A stretch of DNA of 52,445 nt, filler included, from Basidiobolus ranarum (Eukaryota), in assembly GCA_040143965.1 (NCBI GenBank). It is 2 parts of 2 records of this genome, joined end to end, with 100 filler letters (N's around TTAATTAATTAA, not from the genome) between each part and the next. Parts side by side here need not be neighbours in the genome. Positions count along the whole stretch, not along the records: positions 26,330 to 52,445 come from JASJQH010007010.1; 1 more part is not named here. The stretch is one strand, 5' to 3'. Each line of letters begins with the position of its first letter. Position 1 is the stretch's first letter. Shown here in pieces: positions 50,650 through 52,445 of the stretch. The notes under the pieces were generated by a model that saw only the letters and a program-made list of their open reading frames with translations, made no database searches and was not told the DNA's origin. The position numbers and the translations under genes are program-made.

Positions 50650-51989
50650 ATGGACATTGAGCTTCACTGTAACAACGTTAGGTGCCGTAAAGGAGTTTAT
50701 TCGGCTGGAACAGCATGCATTACTTCTTGCTCTCGTAGGATTTCCTTTCCAGTATATTACTGTCACTTGGGCTAATCATCTAGATGTCTAGATTTATTCT
50801 GTGTGGAGTGCGCAAACGAAGCCTTTAATTCCGATCTGATTTGTCCTGCTTGCCAAACAGACCTGACTCAAGAGTTAACTTCTACCATAACTTATGCTTC
50901 AAAATTGTTCATTTACTAAAGAGAAATCCCCTCAACTAGAAATGATATTGTACTCACGGAGCTACACCCTTCTGAAGAATACAAATCGGTACCCTGGTTC
51001 TAAACTGATTTGATGGAAAGTAGCTAATACTATATAATAATCTTCACCCAAAATATAGTCAGTTCTTTCAGGATTGAGGCCTGATACTATTGTCGAAATA
51101 TGCTCACGAGCACTTGCATTCTGGACCTACCAAACTACTCAGGAAATATATTTCCATGAAACTATGTTCAAGTCTTTTGAGAACAAGAACTCCATTTTAG
51201 AGGGCAAAATGCAAGCCTTATTTCATGACACTAATGTGGAAATTACCAGTAAGAGCATGGTTGGCAATTGGATCTGATTGATCATAACTAATAGGATTAT
51301 TGAAATTGTTAAACAGCATTGAAAAAAAAGATTTTATGTAAGGATAGATACACAAATCGCCATAAATCAAATTCATAGCTAATATATTTCAGCCCTGCGA
51401 AATGAAAAGGAGATTGAAAAGCGAAGGGGCCTCGAAATCAACGAACAATATCACGAGAAACTTCGTCAACTACAAAAGTTACAGGTAAGATCAATACCCG
51501 CATTCTTTTGAACAGTATTTGTCCTCATCGCTCTATTTCAGGCACTCTACGACCGACTTAAGCGGCAGATGATTGTTCCCACCATCCAACACAATGTGCA
51601 TGAAGCGTCCGATGCTTCTTATCATACCACCGTGACAAAGAGTCAACCATCAACTACTAAGAATCAAAATAGGCCGAGAACTAGTTCACTGAGCGTAAGT
51701 TGAATTTAGGTATGGATGGATTGTATACCTAACTTTTAACCTTCCTTAATAGGGTTATGTAGCCAGCTACAATCCAACATTTCAATCCAATTTGGGTTAC
51801 AACAGAAGGCAACGAACAGGTATCTTGTCCATGTTAACAACTCATTGTAGCCCAAATGATTTACCTAATATATTCTCAGACTCTCACTCGCACCATGCCA
51901 TCATCTATCCAAAGCTCCCTAGAAATTGTGATGCTTCAGAAGAGTTGCTTTTATCTCAGATGGATCATGATTCTCATTACAATGCTTGA
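50650..51989 (+). CDS. HEI10: HEI10/CCNB1IP1-like RING E3 ligase (meiotic crossover factor), multi-exon
   Basis: LHCNNVRCRK..ACITSCSHLFCVECA..ICPACQTDL..HPSEEYKSSVLSGLRPDTIVEICSRALAFWTYQ; coiled coil (EKLRQLQKLQALYDRLK). 3' exons approximate. Confidence 0.9.
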
Positions 51990-52029
51990 ATCTGGTGTGA
52001 GGCATCAATTGTTTCATATATATATTTAC

Positions 52030-52445
52030 TGCAAGTATTTGCAAATTAGAAACTGTTCTGTACAGCAGGCTAGTTTTGAGCAAGTTTTTCTTGGTAGAAT
52101 AGCAATAATATACAATTTGTATCAAACTTCACATACCTATTTCTGCTTAAACTACATGACATGCTTATTTGTGCAGATGTTCCAATGGTCAATCCTTCAA
52201 GACCTACTTTGCCTGCCATTTCTCTGTTTGAGGCACTAACTATAGTGAACACCAATTTTGAAAAGTGCACTTCTTCCAAATTACAGTTACTTCTGTTGAA
52301 AGTCTGGTGACTTGTGGTACAAGCAGTAATTCCTAAAGAGGAAAATATGGAGTATGGTGACTGCATCTGAACACAAAGTCTAAGGCCAATCAGTTGCTTG
52401 TATAGCTGAAATGCCAAAGTACCATACATTGACAGACTAGGTTAA
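52030..52445 (-). CDS. Probable 3' exons of an unidentified gene running off the window
   Basis: Open frame GITACTTSHQ...MSCSLSRNR bounded by an AG acceptor and a GTATGT donor; no family recognised. Confidence 0.3.

Overview
Eukaryotic, AT-rich, gene-dense genomic DNA with many short (~50-130 nt) GT-AG introns. The protein sequences point to an early-diverging, zygomycete-grade fungus; Basidiobolus-like is my inference, not proven. Two contigs are joined at 26230-26329 by an artificial N44-TTAATTAATTAA-N44 spacer. About 27 protein-coding genes are recognisable: actin (partial), VPS8, DDHD phospholipase, PTPA/RRD2, a NUDIX-eIF2B-like fusion, MRM2, a STIL-like protein, RPS6, an amino-acid transporter, CGI121, two MFS transporters, a Gly-rich protein, PP2A-B56, a TMX-like thioredoxin, a C2H2 zinc finger, a histidine phosphatase, RPL27, RPS0, a secreted PLA2-like protein, an AlkB dioxygenase, twinfilin, LMBRD2-like, Bub1/Mad3-like, HEI10 and a few orphans. 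The standout is a multi-exon gene (13444-18095, minus) that, once spliced by hand, carries STIL_N-like, coiled-coil and STAN-like motifs of the centriole-duplication factor STIL/Ana2/SAS-5. Also notable: a Bub1-type checkpoint protein lacking both KEN box and kinase, an inverted pseudogenic copy of the zinc-finger 3' end that could form a hairpin, and a sPLA2-like protein with a broken His-Asp dyad. All homology calls are by motif recognition; no database searches were run.
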